A stretch of DNA of 64,000 bases from Laetmonice hystrix (GCA_965235115.1 OZ249447.1:10168001-10232000), one strand, 5' to 3'; positions 40,027-52,300 are shown, numbered from the stretch's first letter. Numbers and translations: made by a program. The notes: generated by a model not told the origin, from the letters alone.

Positions 40027-40040
40027 CCGCTAGGTGGCGC
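40027..40040 (+). promoter_or_regulatory. CTCF consensus site
   Basis: CCGCTAGGTGGCGC fits the CTCF core CC(A/G)(C/G)(C/T)AG(A/G)(G/T)GGCGC. Confidence 0.45.
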
Positions 40041-40461
40041 CCAGGTGTGGCGTAGTCACGTGACCCCTAACGGCCGCGCCTTGCGGTACCGTCAGACTTC
40101 CACCACCAGCACAACTGACAGGTCAGAGAACAACATCCGAGTTGACAGACGTCCGCGTAAAGCCAGTCTCAGATTACTGCAATGTATTGGTCTCACCCTC
40201 ATCCAAATACAGAATGGTTTCTGGTATATATCGCCAAGATTTAATGGGTGTCCGTGGCGCCGCCTATGAAAGACGATGGCCTAGATCTGCTCCATTGAAT
40301 TCTGTCCAACATCTGTGTCTTAGGTTATAGCTCATTAGCTGATGTAACTCAGCCACGACACGTTTGAAGATTAAGTCCTTGCTTGCAAGACCCACCCCAA
40401 AGTTTAGCCACTATTTCATGGGACTATTTTATGGGACTGTATAACGTCTCCATGCCCGTTT

Positions 40462-40727
40462 TAACACTGCAGGCCGTCCAGCACGTCTGAACACTGCAGG
40501 TCGTACGTCTGAACACTGCAGGTCGTCCAGCACGTCTGAACACTGCAGGTCGTACGTCTGAACACTGCAGGTCGTACGCCTGAACACTGCAGGTCGTTCA
40601 GCACGTCTGAACACTGCAGGTCGTACGTCTGAACACTGCAGGTCGTACGCCTGAACACTGCAGGTCGTTCAGCACGTCTGAACACGGCAGGTCGTACGTC
40701 TGAACACTGCAGGTCGTCCAGCACGCT
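40462..40727. repeat. 22/27-bp variant minisatellite
   Basis: GTCTGAACACTGCAGGTCGT followed by either AC or (C/T)CAGCAC. Confidence 0.93.
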
Positions 40728-42765
40728 ATACCTTGACTCCTCTCAACCCCACGCTTAAATTACGGTCCACACCTGCTCTCAAGTGGTCCCTCCGACTTTA
40801 TCCATCTCCAGCACCTCGCTGCAACACTCCAATACTACGCACACACTCCCATACTACGCACACACCACGCCCTCTACACTCACCAATACCCCTGGATGCC
40901 ACATGTCTACACGTCAACCTGACACGGGTCTGTAATATGAAATGGTCCCGTTTTAAGGACTCTCTATTAGCCACCGTTGATGAGGTCCTTTACTTTGGGT
41001 AGGAGGTGAGCACTGCCTAGGTCATGTAACAAGTTAGGTAGGTGATTTAGTAATCAAAGACTCCGAGTGACTTCTAAGTGCCACTTACTTGTGTAAAGGT
41101 AGATTTCCACATGATGCAGGGTCTCTCTTGCATTCACAATATGCTCCCGGGGTTCTCTCGAAAACCTGAAAGAAGAAAAAAACCATACCTGATTCATATT
41201 CGCCGTCCATTATGTAGGAAAGAGATGTGAGCATTAAAATCTATGGGCGGATCCAGTAACATTTTGTAGAAGGGTCTAACCATCGGGCAAAAACATATGA
41301 TTAGGCCAAGGCCAAAAAGGTTGAGTATACGAGGGCCACTTCCGAAAGTCCCTGTATATTTATAATAAATGACGTTACACCCATGTATCATTCTGATCTG
41401 AAGCAAAGATGTAAATGTTTGATCACCCCCGTAAGCACCCCCCCCCCCCCCCGCCGTGAGCGCGCGCTCGGCCGTATGACCGCATGAGTCGGCCGGTTGG
41501 TAGACCACGTGTTCGCCACGTGTTGAGAGGGTTTACAACATGTCCGAGTGACCAAGATAGGTACCGACAGGCATCGTTATGAATTCTCGCAGGCCACTCA
41601 TGTTCTCCCACTACATGGCCAACACGGCCCAGGATTAAATAACCCTAACCTTTGACCTGTACGCCACCCCCAGGCGCTGAAGCGATCCTGCTTGATTTAT
41701 GCCAGGGTATTTGGTCTATTAAATGTCCCGCGAGAAAAAGTGTCCCATCTCTTCTCATTACAACTTCTTTCTGTTCATATATTGTCATGTAGAATTCCGC
41801 ATGTCCTGAACCCACTTTGATGTTAAATAACTATTCTTACACGGCAATATGATGGTCGGAACCAACACACACGTATCATTCAAATTCTGCCAGATTACCC
41901 CTTGTCACCAATGAACTTCTAAACTCAGACTTCCAAGATTGGAGAGGTTGTTCGTCTCCATCAAGTGTCATTTAATAAAGATGGAGTTCCCTCTATCTTT
42001 TACGGATACTAAAGATAAATGGGTATATAAAAAATTGAAAATGAATTTAGAAAGAAATGGGCGAGTCACCGCTTCAAAACTGGAGTTTAATCCAGGCTTG
42101 CCAGGTGCTACACATCTTCATGTACTGGCGTGTACACAACGTCATTCTGCCCAGGTTAATAGCCATAATAGAAACTTATTTTTTCTCCTTACTACTAAGG
42201 TTACTTGCAGAATTAAAATTCTCCAAGGTAAGATTTCTGCTACTTCATCAGGTTAAACTGAGAGAGAAGAATAAAATGTTACTGATCCCACTGACCGAAA
42301 CGGCACCTGGTCACCTGAGCTGGCCGCACGGGCGGAGCCATTGGTCTTGTAGCTCCCCTGGCGGCCGGCTGGGTAACTACAGATCGATGGGATAAAGACA
42401 CAGCCGTCATAATGGACCCCACCCCTGTGTGTCAGTGACACTGCGCCGGGGGCGGGACGGCTAATGGTGGGATGGACACTGGACCTATAGTTTCCCGCCC
42501 TGACCCTCGACATCTCTATCCTGTGAGTAAATCGTCTCCTCACCACCTGGTCAGTTCCCAGTGCGTGTGGTCAGCTCCTGTCCGAGTGGACAGTATACCC
42601 AGTCAATCTGTATACTGGTTCAATCGGGTAGGATCGGCATATGGCTTACAGTATATGGACCGACCTTTGGCTATAAAATGCAGTGGTTGTCTATATGAAG
42701 CAGTAATTGCTTTAAAATACAGGGGGCATCATGATGTACCGGCCTTTGGCTTCAAAAGTTAATAC

Positions 42766-43812
42766 AGTGGGCATCAGGATGGGCCGGTCTCTATATGACT
42801 TCTAAATACAGTGGGCATCAGGATGGGCCGGTCTCTATATGACTTCTAAATACAGTGGGCATCAGGATAGGCCGGTCTCTATATGACTTCTAAATACGAC
42901 AGTGGGCATCAGGATGGACTGATCTATGACTTCTAAATACAGTGGGCATCAGGATGGGCCGGTCTCTATATGACTTCTAAATACAGTGGGCATCAGGATA
43001 GGCCGGTCTCTATATGACTTCTAAATACGACAGTGGGCATCAGGATGGACTGATCTATGACTTCTAAATACAGTGGGCATCAGGATGGGCCGGTCTCTAT
43101 ATGACTTCTAAATACGACAGTGGGCATCAGGATGGACCGATCTATGACTTCTAAATACAGTGGGCATCAGGATGGACCGGTCTATCACTTCTAAATACAG
43201 TGGGCATCAGGATGGACCGATCCATGACTTCTAAATACAACAGTGGGCATCAGGATGGGCCGGTCTCTATATGACTTCTAAATACAACAGTGGGCATCAG
43301 GATGGGCCGGTTTCTATATGACTTCTAAATACGACAGTGGGCATCAGGATGGACCGATCTATGACCTCTAAATACAACAGTGGGCATCAGGATGGACCGG
43401 TCTATCACTTCTAAATACAGTGGGCATCAGGATGGACCGATCCATGACTTCTAAATACAACAGTGGGCATCAGGATGGGCCGGTCTCTATATGACTTCTA
43501 AATACAACAGTGGGCATCAGGATGGGCCGGTCTCTATATGACTTCTAAATACGACAGTGGGCATCAGGATAGACCGATCTATGACTTCTAAATACAGTGG
43601 GCATCAGGATGGGCCGGTCTCTATATGACTTCTAAATATGACAGTGGGCATCAGGATGGACCGACCTATGACTTCTAAATACAGTGGGCATCAGGATGGG
43701 CCGGTCTCTATATGACTTCTAAATACGACAGTGGGCATCAGGATGGGCCGGTCTATGACTTCTAAATACAGTGGGCATCAGGATGAACCGATCTATGGCT
43801 TCAGAATACAGT
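42766..43812. repeat. 40-47-bp variant minisatellite with higher-order blocks, ~24 copies
   Basis: CAGTGGGCATCAGGATGG...ATGACTTCTAAATA with optional CGA/CAA and TCTA modules. Rare variants recur at 131-bp and 220-bp spacing. Confidence 0.95.
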
Positions 43813-45264
43813 GGCGATCAGGACGCACCGGTCAATGGCTTCGGAATGCAGTGGGCGTCAGGACTGACCAGCATACAGACTCTGAACCAACGACAATGTA
43901 TGGAAAAGATGGATGCGATGACATGTTTTGATTACGGGCGAGTTTTCTTGCCCATGAAGATTCTTCTACTGTCCGACTGAGGGACAGAATCAAAATCATC
44001 TTCCACCCAGACGATGGTGCTGACTGAAGATATTGCGGGACCAAGGTTGTCCACGTTAACCTGCACTTGTTCAGTGACCCCAGTCCACCCCCCGTTCCCA
44101 CCCCTCTACCACCCCCTTCACACCCCCATATCCACCCCGAACCTCCCCACCCCGCCCCTCGAGTATCTCACACTTGGATGGTCTGGAGTCAGTCTGTCGG
44201 ATCTGCTTGGACGGCTCATAATGCTGTCAGATGGCCCTAACATATGGCACCAACATATGGCCCAAACATATGGCACTTATCTACATGCTACATGAATGCT
44301 CCGAAGGAATCTGTTCCTAATGTGTCGGACACGGATTCACGCTACACTATAAATTGCCCACGGACTATCCTTCCACGCAGTGTGATATAGCTGGTCCACT
44401 TGGAATATAAGAAGTAAGAGACTGAACATGAAATGGGCCGCGCTTACTTTCAAAACATAAACGCGTTTACTTACCAGAAATACTGAGGAGCATTATCCGT
44501 TTATCATATATCTGCTCAAAATCTAGCAGAGGCGGGTGTGGGCTAAATCCTTGAAAAGTTTATACATACACGGTCAACCGTGAAAGCCACAAAATCATAA
44601 CCTGATTAACAGGACCAAGGTTTCATGCCGTTTTCCACGAAGCGCAAAGAAAAAATTCTTGCCCAGAAATCAATATTCTTCAATTGTCTCTCGTCCCCAT
44701 CAATCCATAGATGTTTGCCTTTCATTGCCATTTTTGTGTATGTTCATTAACTTCCTTCGGCTCCCGCCGATTCTCGTCAGTGGAATTCATTGTTAGGTTT
44801 TCTACCAATTCACTATGTGAAATATGATATGGTACACGTTATCCTAGCCGTCTTGGTGATAACTGGCGAGGTGGCATTCTGCCGCAATGGCCATCACAGC
44901 TTTTTATATCATCTTGGATAACTCCATTATGCCTTTTTACTTCTGCTATTGTCTCAGCTGCAACAGTTAATTTGTTTCCAATTATGTTTTTGTAATTTGA
45001 TAAACTACCTAAATAAGAATGCTGTAATACTTAGTATTTGCCCACTCGGCAGTCTGGGATAATTTCAAATGATCACTCCTTGGTATCCGATCGACATGGT
45101 AATTGAGATTGGGATTTTCCCAACAAACTTGGTTCAGGTTTGTAAATATAACTAATTGATTCTATTAAAAAGTGTGTGAAACAATTCCCAAGAAGCTATT
45201 TCCCCTCATTCCTATCCCAGAATTTACAAGAATGATTCGATTTATGTGGATAACACTGCCCTTT

Positions 45265-45535
45265 CAGTGGCGGATTTAAGGGGGGGCGGGTTAATGGGGT
45301 TGCAGCCCCCCCCCCCCGCTACGAAGTAATTTTTTTTCCTGCTTGAAAGGTTCACACAAAACATATACAACCCCCCCCCCCCCCGGTTGGCGCAAACCGG
45401 GATTCATCCTGCCTTTATAGTTATCATCTGGGCTTTGGGTCGAAAATTGGCCGATCATATTGATCGGCCCGAAAAGCCCGAAAAGCCCGAAAAGCCCGAA
45501 AAGTGCGAAAAGCCCGAAAAGAGAATCCACGGCTG
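45265..45535. mobile_element. MITE-like element, similar in style to 20766-20923, with internal 9-bp GCCCGAAAA repeats
   Basis: CAGTGGCGGATT at 45265 and an imperfect (9/12) inverted copy AATCCACGGCTG ending at 45535; internal poly-C tracts. Confidence 0.45.
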
Positions 45536-45987
45536 TAGGAGGGATAAACATTACAACCGACTAGTTTTTTGTAGTTATTTTGACTGCAACTGTTGAAAAA
45601 AAACTTTGTACGACTAGAACAATCAGATTTAACATATTTTGGTAAAATGGAGAAGGCTTGGTCGGATAATGTTACGATATACGCGTATGTACGACACAAC
45701 AACAGTAAAACTTGTGGAATGTAATATCTGTATTGTAGCATTACAATCAACATTATAGCAACATGGGCGGGTTTCTTAATCTCCAAACGATCACATATTA
45801 TGAGCTCGATGTCTGTCAATCAATGAATCAATTAATTGTCAATCAATGTCAAGCATGTTGGCACAAGCTAAATATACATTATACTAACAACACTAACAGA
45901 GCAGAGCAGAGCAGAGCTGTCCATGCTGGCAGTTTGACTGCCAATTCGAATTAACCACTAATGTGCGTCCAAAACGTCTCATACGTC

Positions 45988-46275
45988 TTAGACGATGTAC
46001 GTTTCATATAGGATATGATATTGAGGTCCAATAATCACAGCAGTTGTCGGGTTCCCCGTTATAGGTCGGCAAGAATCGCTGTCACCCGCGCATCCAGAAA
46101 TCTGCCCCTTCTTCCGACGGAATTCCTCGGTGACGGATACAGGAAGAAAGCGCAGCGTGCGGCACCCCTCCTCCTTTCTCTGTCCCAATCTATACCTTTG
46201 GTAAATGTCATGACTCCAGACCATAGTTTCAAGGAATGAGCTGTTGTGTGGCGTCAACTGTCCGGTGAAAGGTCT
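45988..46275 (-). pseudogene. In-frame post-stop extension resembling a degenerate TGF-beta-family ligand domain
   Basis: 95 open codons directly after the TAA: ...QRKEEGCRTLRFLPVSV...SGCAGDSDSCRPITGNPTTAVII...ILYETYIV*. These echo the CR...F.V, C.G.C, CC.P...P and ...MIV..CGC motifs, but only 3 Cys remain. Confidence 0.35.
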
Positions 46276-47007
46276 TTACTTGACTAAACACGGGTGGACG
46301 ATGAGTTTGGGAATGAAGACGTCACCATCGGCGTCATACCATGCGTTGATTCTGAACGTACACGCCCAGCTGTTCTCGGAACGCTTCGAGTGACGTATCG
46401 TCTCCAGGACGTCTATGAGAGAAACTTTCAGGTGGCCGCTCGGTGTTTCCCTATACTCGGACACCAGCTCCGCCTTGGTGACGTTAGCACCGGCGTTATT
46501 CTCCGATATCCACGGAGTCAGGTCATACGTGAACTGAACAATGTCGTCGCTTGGAGGCAGGAACCTGATCAGGTGAGCCTCGCATGGATCCCTCTGGTAG
46601 GGCTTTAGACCGGTGAGCACCAACCAACGGTTACTGGCGGGAGGTGCCGGGAGGACTGACCTGGAGAACACCGGTTGGTGAGATCGCCTGCCCCGCCCGG
46701 CTTCGCTGGAGGACGTCTCCTCCTGCGTCTGTTGACGGGGGCTATCCTGGAGGAGAAGACGGAGCAGAGGTTCTCCTTGTGCGACCCCCTGGTCCTGGAG
46801 GAGAGCAGGTCTGAAGAAGGGCGTTGCGGCGACCGCCATGGCGTCGGCGCGGTCCCGGGAGGAGCTCGCCGTTTGTGCCGGGGCCGGAGAACCGGACCGC
46901 CCGGATAACTGCCCGGAGGACTGGCGTAGAGGAATCACACATGTTGCCGCGAGTAGACCCGCCAGTGTGACCAGAGCAATGAAGAGAAACATGAGGAAAC
47001 TGAACAT
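46276..47007 (-). CDS. Intronless secreted precursor, 243 aa, with a TGF-beta propeptide-like domain
   Basis: First ATG is at 47007 (the track starts at an upstream TTG). Hydrophobic signal peptide MFSFLMFLFIALVTLAGLLAA and a furin-type RGRR|S site. The motifs YQRDP..AHLIRFL, QFTYDLT, NVTKAEL (N-glyc sequon), IDVLETIR and PKLIVH align by eye with TGF-beta prodomains (e.g. Nodal YRDP..ADIIRSL..FAFDF..WAEL). Coding-like GC content and an upstream TATA box. Confidence 0.7.
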   Translation of the reverse strand: MFSFLMFLFIALVTLAGLLAATCVIPLRQSSGQLSGRSGSPAPAQTASSSRDRADAMAVAATPFFRPALLQDQGVAQGEPLLRLLLQDSPRQQTQEETSSSEAGRGRRSHQPVFSRSVLPAPPASNRWLVLTGLKPYQRDPCEAHLIRFLPPSDDIVQFTYDLTPWISENNAGANVTKAELVSEYRETPSGHLKVSLIDVLETIRHSKRSENSWACTFRINAWYDADGDVFIPKLIVHPCLVK

Positions 47008-47078
47008 CTTCAAGAACGTCGTCGCTATCAATCAGCTTCAACTCGACCGTGTGCCGACCAGTCCCCTCCCTTCTCACC

Positions 47079-47085
47079 TTATATA
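47079..47085 (-). promoter_or_regulatory. TATA box of the secreted-protein gene
   Basis: TATATAA on the minus strand, ~72 nt upstream of the ATG. Confidence 0.55.
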
Positions 47086-47529
47086 CCAAACACGATCCCA
47101 CCGTCTTTATCGATATATACTTTATTAAACAAAAGTACTGCGGCAAAAGGACGCGCCGCCTTTCTCAGGAAACCTGCCTTTTGAGGTGTAACCGTCCTTC
47201 TGTAACATGAACAAAGACGTTACCAAAGATGGAATGTATAGGTCGTATTATCATTGTTTCGGTTTCAAAATTCACCTTCCGGTGTGTGACAATATCTTGG
47301 CGGATATTGGAATCAATATCTTGGCGGATATTGAAATCTATTCCGTTCTATTTTTAATTGTTCGAGCAACACGTGATCGGTCCATCGACGTCACCATCTT
47401 CCGCTGTAAAAGTTTTAGCCTAAATCCAGCTCTTCGAGTTAGTTTTCTGAACAAAGTTATACTTAAATATAGAATAATGATATACTTCTTTTTGATTAAG
47501 TTTCTTTTTTTACAGCATACCTCGAGCTA

Positions 47530-47763
47530 CGATGATCTGAGCTGAGCTGAGCAGAGCAGAGCAGAGCAGAGCTGAATGGAGCTGAGCTGAACTGAGCAGA
47601 GCTGAGCTGAATAAAACTGAGCTGACCTGAGCTAAGTAGAGCTGAGCAGTTCTGGTCACGTGAGATCAGGTTGAGCTAGTTGTGGATTTTATATATGGGC
47701 TGGGTCTGCTAACGAAAAAAGACCTCGGTTGTTCCAGCTCAACTCAGTTCAGCTCAGATCACG
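47530..47763. mobile_element. TA-flanked MITE built from (GAGCT/GAGCA)n pentamers
   Basis: TA|CGATGATCTGAGCTGAGCTGAG ... CTCAGTTCAGCTCAGATCACG|TA, i.e. imperfect TIRs and a TA duplication. Confidence 0.6.
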
Positions 47764-48489
47764 TATGTTAAGGGGTGGCAAAGTAATTAAAACAACAGGC
47801 CCAGATGTCGTATGGGATCAGTTGCCGTATTTGGGGGTTATCTGTTTGGGGTTACCTATTTGGAGTTACCTATAGTATGACTAGAGTCGCTGCGGTTCTC
47901 ACCAATGTAGCTGCCGCCAGGTATGACAAATTCCCAACCGATCACCCTCAATCTCAACCTCTACTGACACCACCAGATTGTGCTTAGATAAAATCTCTGA
48001 AGTCTATGCGTGTCAGAAACGACATTTCGAAACATATCAGAATCATTATGTAAAGTGCAATATTAGCACACTATAGAGAGTGCTGCCGCAAAGTAACGCT
48101 GGCAATTTGACTGCCAACCCACCGGCCGTGTCCATGAGGCGACTGAGAACATTCGCATCTTGCAAGCAATAGTTGCCGCTCAACTGTGCAAGCTTTACAC
48201 ATCCATGTTATTGGCCCCACAGGTAGGCACGTTACAGTCGGGCTATGCTAGCAACCATAATGACAACACAAACACCCGACTTCCATCTGCACGCGGGAGA
48301 AAAATCAGGAGGGGGAAATTGCACACAAATTAGATAGCAGACAAAGCGGAGCTTGGCCGTCCGCTCGCTCTGCTTCAGCAGGTTCTCCAGTAAGTACACT
48401 GACTGGCGGGTACCAGAAGGAAGGCTTCATCAAGGCCTCCCACATGGCCTCCAGCACAATCAGATTCTTACAGCATTGTTATTACATCG

Positions 48490-49375
48490 GGAAACCTGCT
48501 CTAGGTACCGCTACCACACCAGGGACCTGCTCTAGGTACCGCTACCACACCAGGGACCTGCTCTAGGTATACCGCTACCACACCAGGGACGAAGGACCTG
48601 CTCTAGGTACCGCTACCATACCAGGGACCTGCTCTAGGTACCGCTACCACACCAGGGACGAAGGACCTGCTCTAGGTACCGCTACCACACCAGGGACGAA
48701 GGACCTGCTCTAGGTACCGCTACCACACCAGGGACCTGCTCTAGGTACCGCTACCACACCAGGGACGAAGGACCTGCTCTAGGTACCGCTACCACACCAG
48801 GGACCTGCTCTAGGTACCGCTACCATACCAGGGACCTGCTCTAGGTACCGCTACCATACCAGGGACCTGCTCTAGGTACCGCTACCACACCAGGGACCTG
48901 CTCTAGGTACCGCTACCACACCAGGGACGAAGGACCTGCTCTAGGTACCGCTACCATACCAGGGACCTGCTCTAGGTACCGCTACCACACCAGGGACCTG
49001 CTCTAGGTACCGCTACCACACCAGGGACGAAGGACCTGCTCTAGGTACCGCTACCACACCAGGGACCTTCTCTAGGTACCGCTACCATACCAGGGACGAG
49101 GGACCTGCTCTAGGTACCGCTACCATACCAGGGACCTTCTCTACCGCTCTAGGTACCGCTACCACACCAGGGACGAAGGACCTGCTCTAGGTACCGCTAC
49201 CATACCAGGGACCTGCTCTAGGTACCGCTACCATACCAGGGACCTTCTCTACCGCTCTAGGTACTGCTACCATACCAGGGACCTGCTCCAGGTACCGCTA
49301 CCATACCAGGGACAAGAACTGCTCTAGGTACCGCGACCATACCAGGGACCTGCTCTAGGTACCGCTACCATACCG
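48490..49375. repeat. 31/38-bp variant minisatellite, ~27 copies
   Basis: GGACCTGCTCTAGGTACCGCTACCA(C/T)ACCAG with or without a GGACGAA module. Confidence 0.96.
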
Positions 49376-52300
49376 GCCAGACCAGTCAGGCTGGACCAGT
49401 CTGTGTGAGGGGATGAGGGAGTTAAGGAGGTGTGCGGGAGTGGTTTGACCTCACCCTGACCCGACAAGGGGTGAGGGTAGAGGGTACCGGAGGAGAGACA
49501 ACAATCACTCTACGGAAGGGTGTAAGGACATCGTGTTTTCACTGGTCCCATTTCGGTTATAATGAGCCCCGGACCCTGGGAACATCTGGGGGAGGGCAAT
49601 CACGACCAGTAACAACCATCTGACCAGGAGCTTCCTGATGGGGTGGTTGGCGGAACCTTTATATTTACTGAATCACACACCGGTCAGGTAGGCATGCCTA
49701 CACACGGGTACATTAGAGACAATATAATGTCACTGTGTTCAGGGAAAGGATTTCAATCTCAACTAATATTAGTAAACCATTATTGTTCCAGGAGATTTTG
49801 TTGCACATTAAAATGGACTCAGAGACATAAGACTGGAATGATATACTTGTGTGGATTCCTCTCTCTGTATCGGATATATAAAGAGTATGAGGTAAATGAA
49901 GCGTTTTTCTTCGCTCGGATCATGGTGACCGCTGGTTCCAGGAGGTCCGGTCATAAGGTCAAGGCCATCTCGGTTTGATCTGCGCCTGGATATACAGTCT
50001 AACATCTCCGAGAGGGTCACACTCGGGTTTTCTTCTCATTGATTTACGGCCAATATCCGTACTTGACCACGCTGACCAGCCGGGGTCCTAATGTCTTTGG
50101 TTTGAACCTTGCTGACCTGTCGGGCCGAGAGGGTTGGGGTGGGGTTAAACCTTAGACCCTTCGCCATCCAACCACCCACTCAGGCGCCACACCCTATTCT
50201 AAGAGAGTGTGAAATATGGGGACTTGCAGTGCTTGGTATGAGGGAGTAGAATTAAAATGGTTCAGATAGAGGCGTGTGTTATGGGTAGGGGTTAGGGGGT
50301 GAAGGAGTAGACACTTGAAAGGATGACGTACTGAGACTATTGCCCTCCATGGTCTCAGACCAAGAGTTGAGCCCCTCACTCTACCATCGGGTTGTCTTGG
50401 AGCCAGACCCCCCCCCCCCCCGCCCCCAAAGTTATCGACTTGCCTACTACCATCACCAAACAGTCCAGGATATTGACTGAATGACCCAAGTCCAGGCCCC
50501 TATACCCAGACTCGCCATCTAGGGGAGCTCATTCGCTGGGCGGGGCCAGTTTTGAGAAAGAATTGTACCCGCCCCTGTGGTGATGGGCCTGCCCATTTTC
50601 TACAACGACAATTAATGCATTTTCTTGCCATAGTATTTAATCCTAGCAGGTTATCGTCTTGTCTGCCACCATCACACAAGGAATGGTTCTACCTCAACTT
50701 TATATTTGTCCTCTTAACTCCAAGACACTGAATTCTTTCATACGTGAGTTTATAACGATATGTAGATAGAAACATTAAGTTTAACCGCACTTTTTATGGG
50801 CCAACTTCAACTTATCAATTGCCATATGAATCACACAAAAGAACTATGAATATTCAAATTCAATCGCCAGTTTGCCTCAACCGGTACTTCGACAGTTTCC
50901 TTTGGTAGTGCTATATATTAGTTATTCTCTTATGCATGCAGGTTTCCCTCAGAATTTATAGTATGTATATGTATGTGACAGCTTCCTATCTACACGAGAG
51001 ATATCATTTAAAAACAAGGCAGTTTCTGAAGATACATACGTCATCAACAGGCACACAATCTTTGACATTCTCTTTCCTTCCGGTCTCAAACAAAACAATC
51101 TCCTCCACATTCTCCTCATTTATTATTCTGATATTTCATCAAACTCGACCGACAAGGAAATCTACAAACATATACAACGTTTTTATAATATATTCTAGAC
51201 TTGCATTACCATATTCATCGCTGATGTTTGGATGGAAGTTTTAGTACTGAGAGTGAATTTGAACGGCCGGTATTCAACGTCTCTCCACTTAGTTCCCAGC
51301 AAGAATGAAGATCACTCCAGTCAGAGATATCCAGGGCTCTCAATATTTGTAAGATCGTGGGGGAGTATCCTTCTCACAGGGTACATGCCCCCTTCAGTCA
51401 ACGTCAACTTGCTGTCAGGTCCCTTTCAATATGAACACGAGGTGCCCGATATAGCATGCAGGTTAGAAGGGGACATTGTACTATTGTATTCTCTAGTTTG
51501 AAACAACCAGCAACCATGCCGCCTTCCCCCAATAGTAAACTCCCCACGCCATTGGCAGTTAAAGATTATGGTGATATGGTATATAAGAGACAACAACCCT
51601 ATAGCAGGGCGTTCTTTCCCTTGTAGTGACGTCATATGTTCAGCGTCTCTGTGTGATTACAGCGTCCCGAACCCAAGATCTGGGGCTCAGAACCCAGAAT
51701 GGCTGCCTCTATAAACCAGCCCCCTCCCCACCCAACCACTCTGTCTTGTTGTTGCTGATGAAGCATGGTAACAAGTTGCTTGTCTGCCTGATGAAGTCCC
51801 TGTTGTCATGTCCGGATTACACATTGCCTCTTTGATCTCACTAACGTGGCTCCCTCTTAATTACACCTCGTGTAATCTGGCCGGCCGAGAACTGCACCAA
51901 CAAATGCAACAGTTCAAGTGACAATGAAGATAAATACAATTTTTCCGATTGGCGACATTGATTCTTTACTTTAATCCTCCAAGGAGAACTATTGAACACA
52001 GCCCCGTTTTCCTTTGAAGATCTGTTGAGATTAAACAGCAGACAAATAGCCGAATGTTGCAGACTACGTGGTGCCCAAATAAAGTTAGGAGTGAAGTGGT
52101 CAAAGCTGTTCAAGTCATGCGATTCGTCGTTTCACATTTAATATGGAACTCTCTTAATTAATCTACATACATGTAGGTCACAAGGTACATCCAAACCACT
52201 CTGAACTGTAAACTTGAAGACAGTATATTCTTTGAAAACAAGATCCACTGGCATTTACCTGTCTCACTTTGAGTCGGATGAACCTTAAAACGTTAAGATT

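Noticed and set aside
51775-51805. 13-nt match CTGCCTGATGAAG to the miR-745/miR-22 family as I recall it
   Set aside because: The seed differs and there is no complementary hairpin arm; the upstream similarity is a direct repeat.
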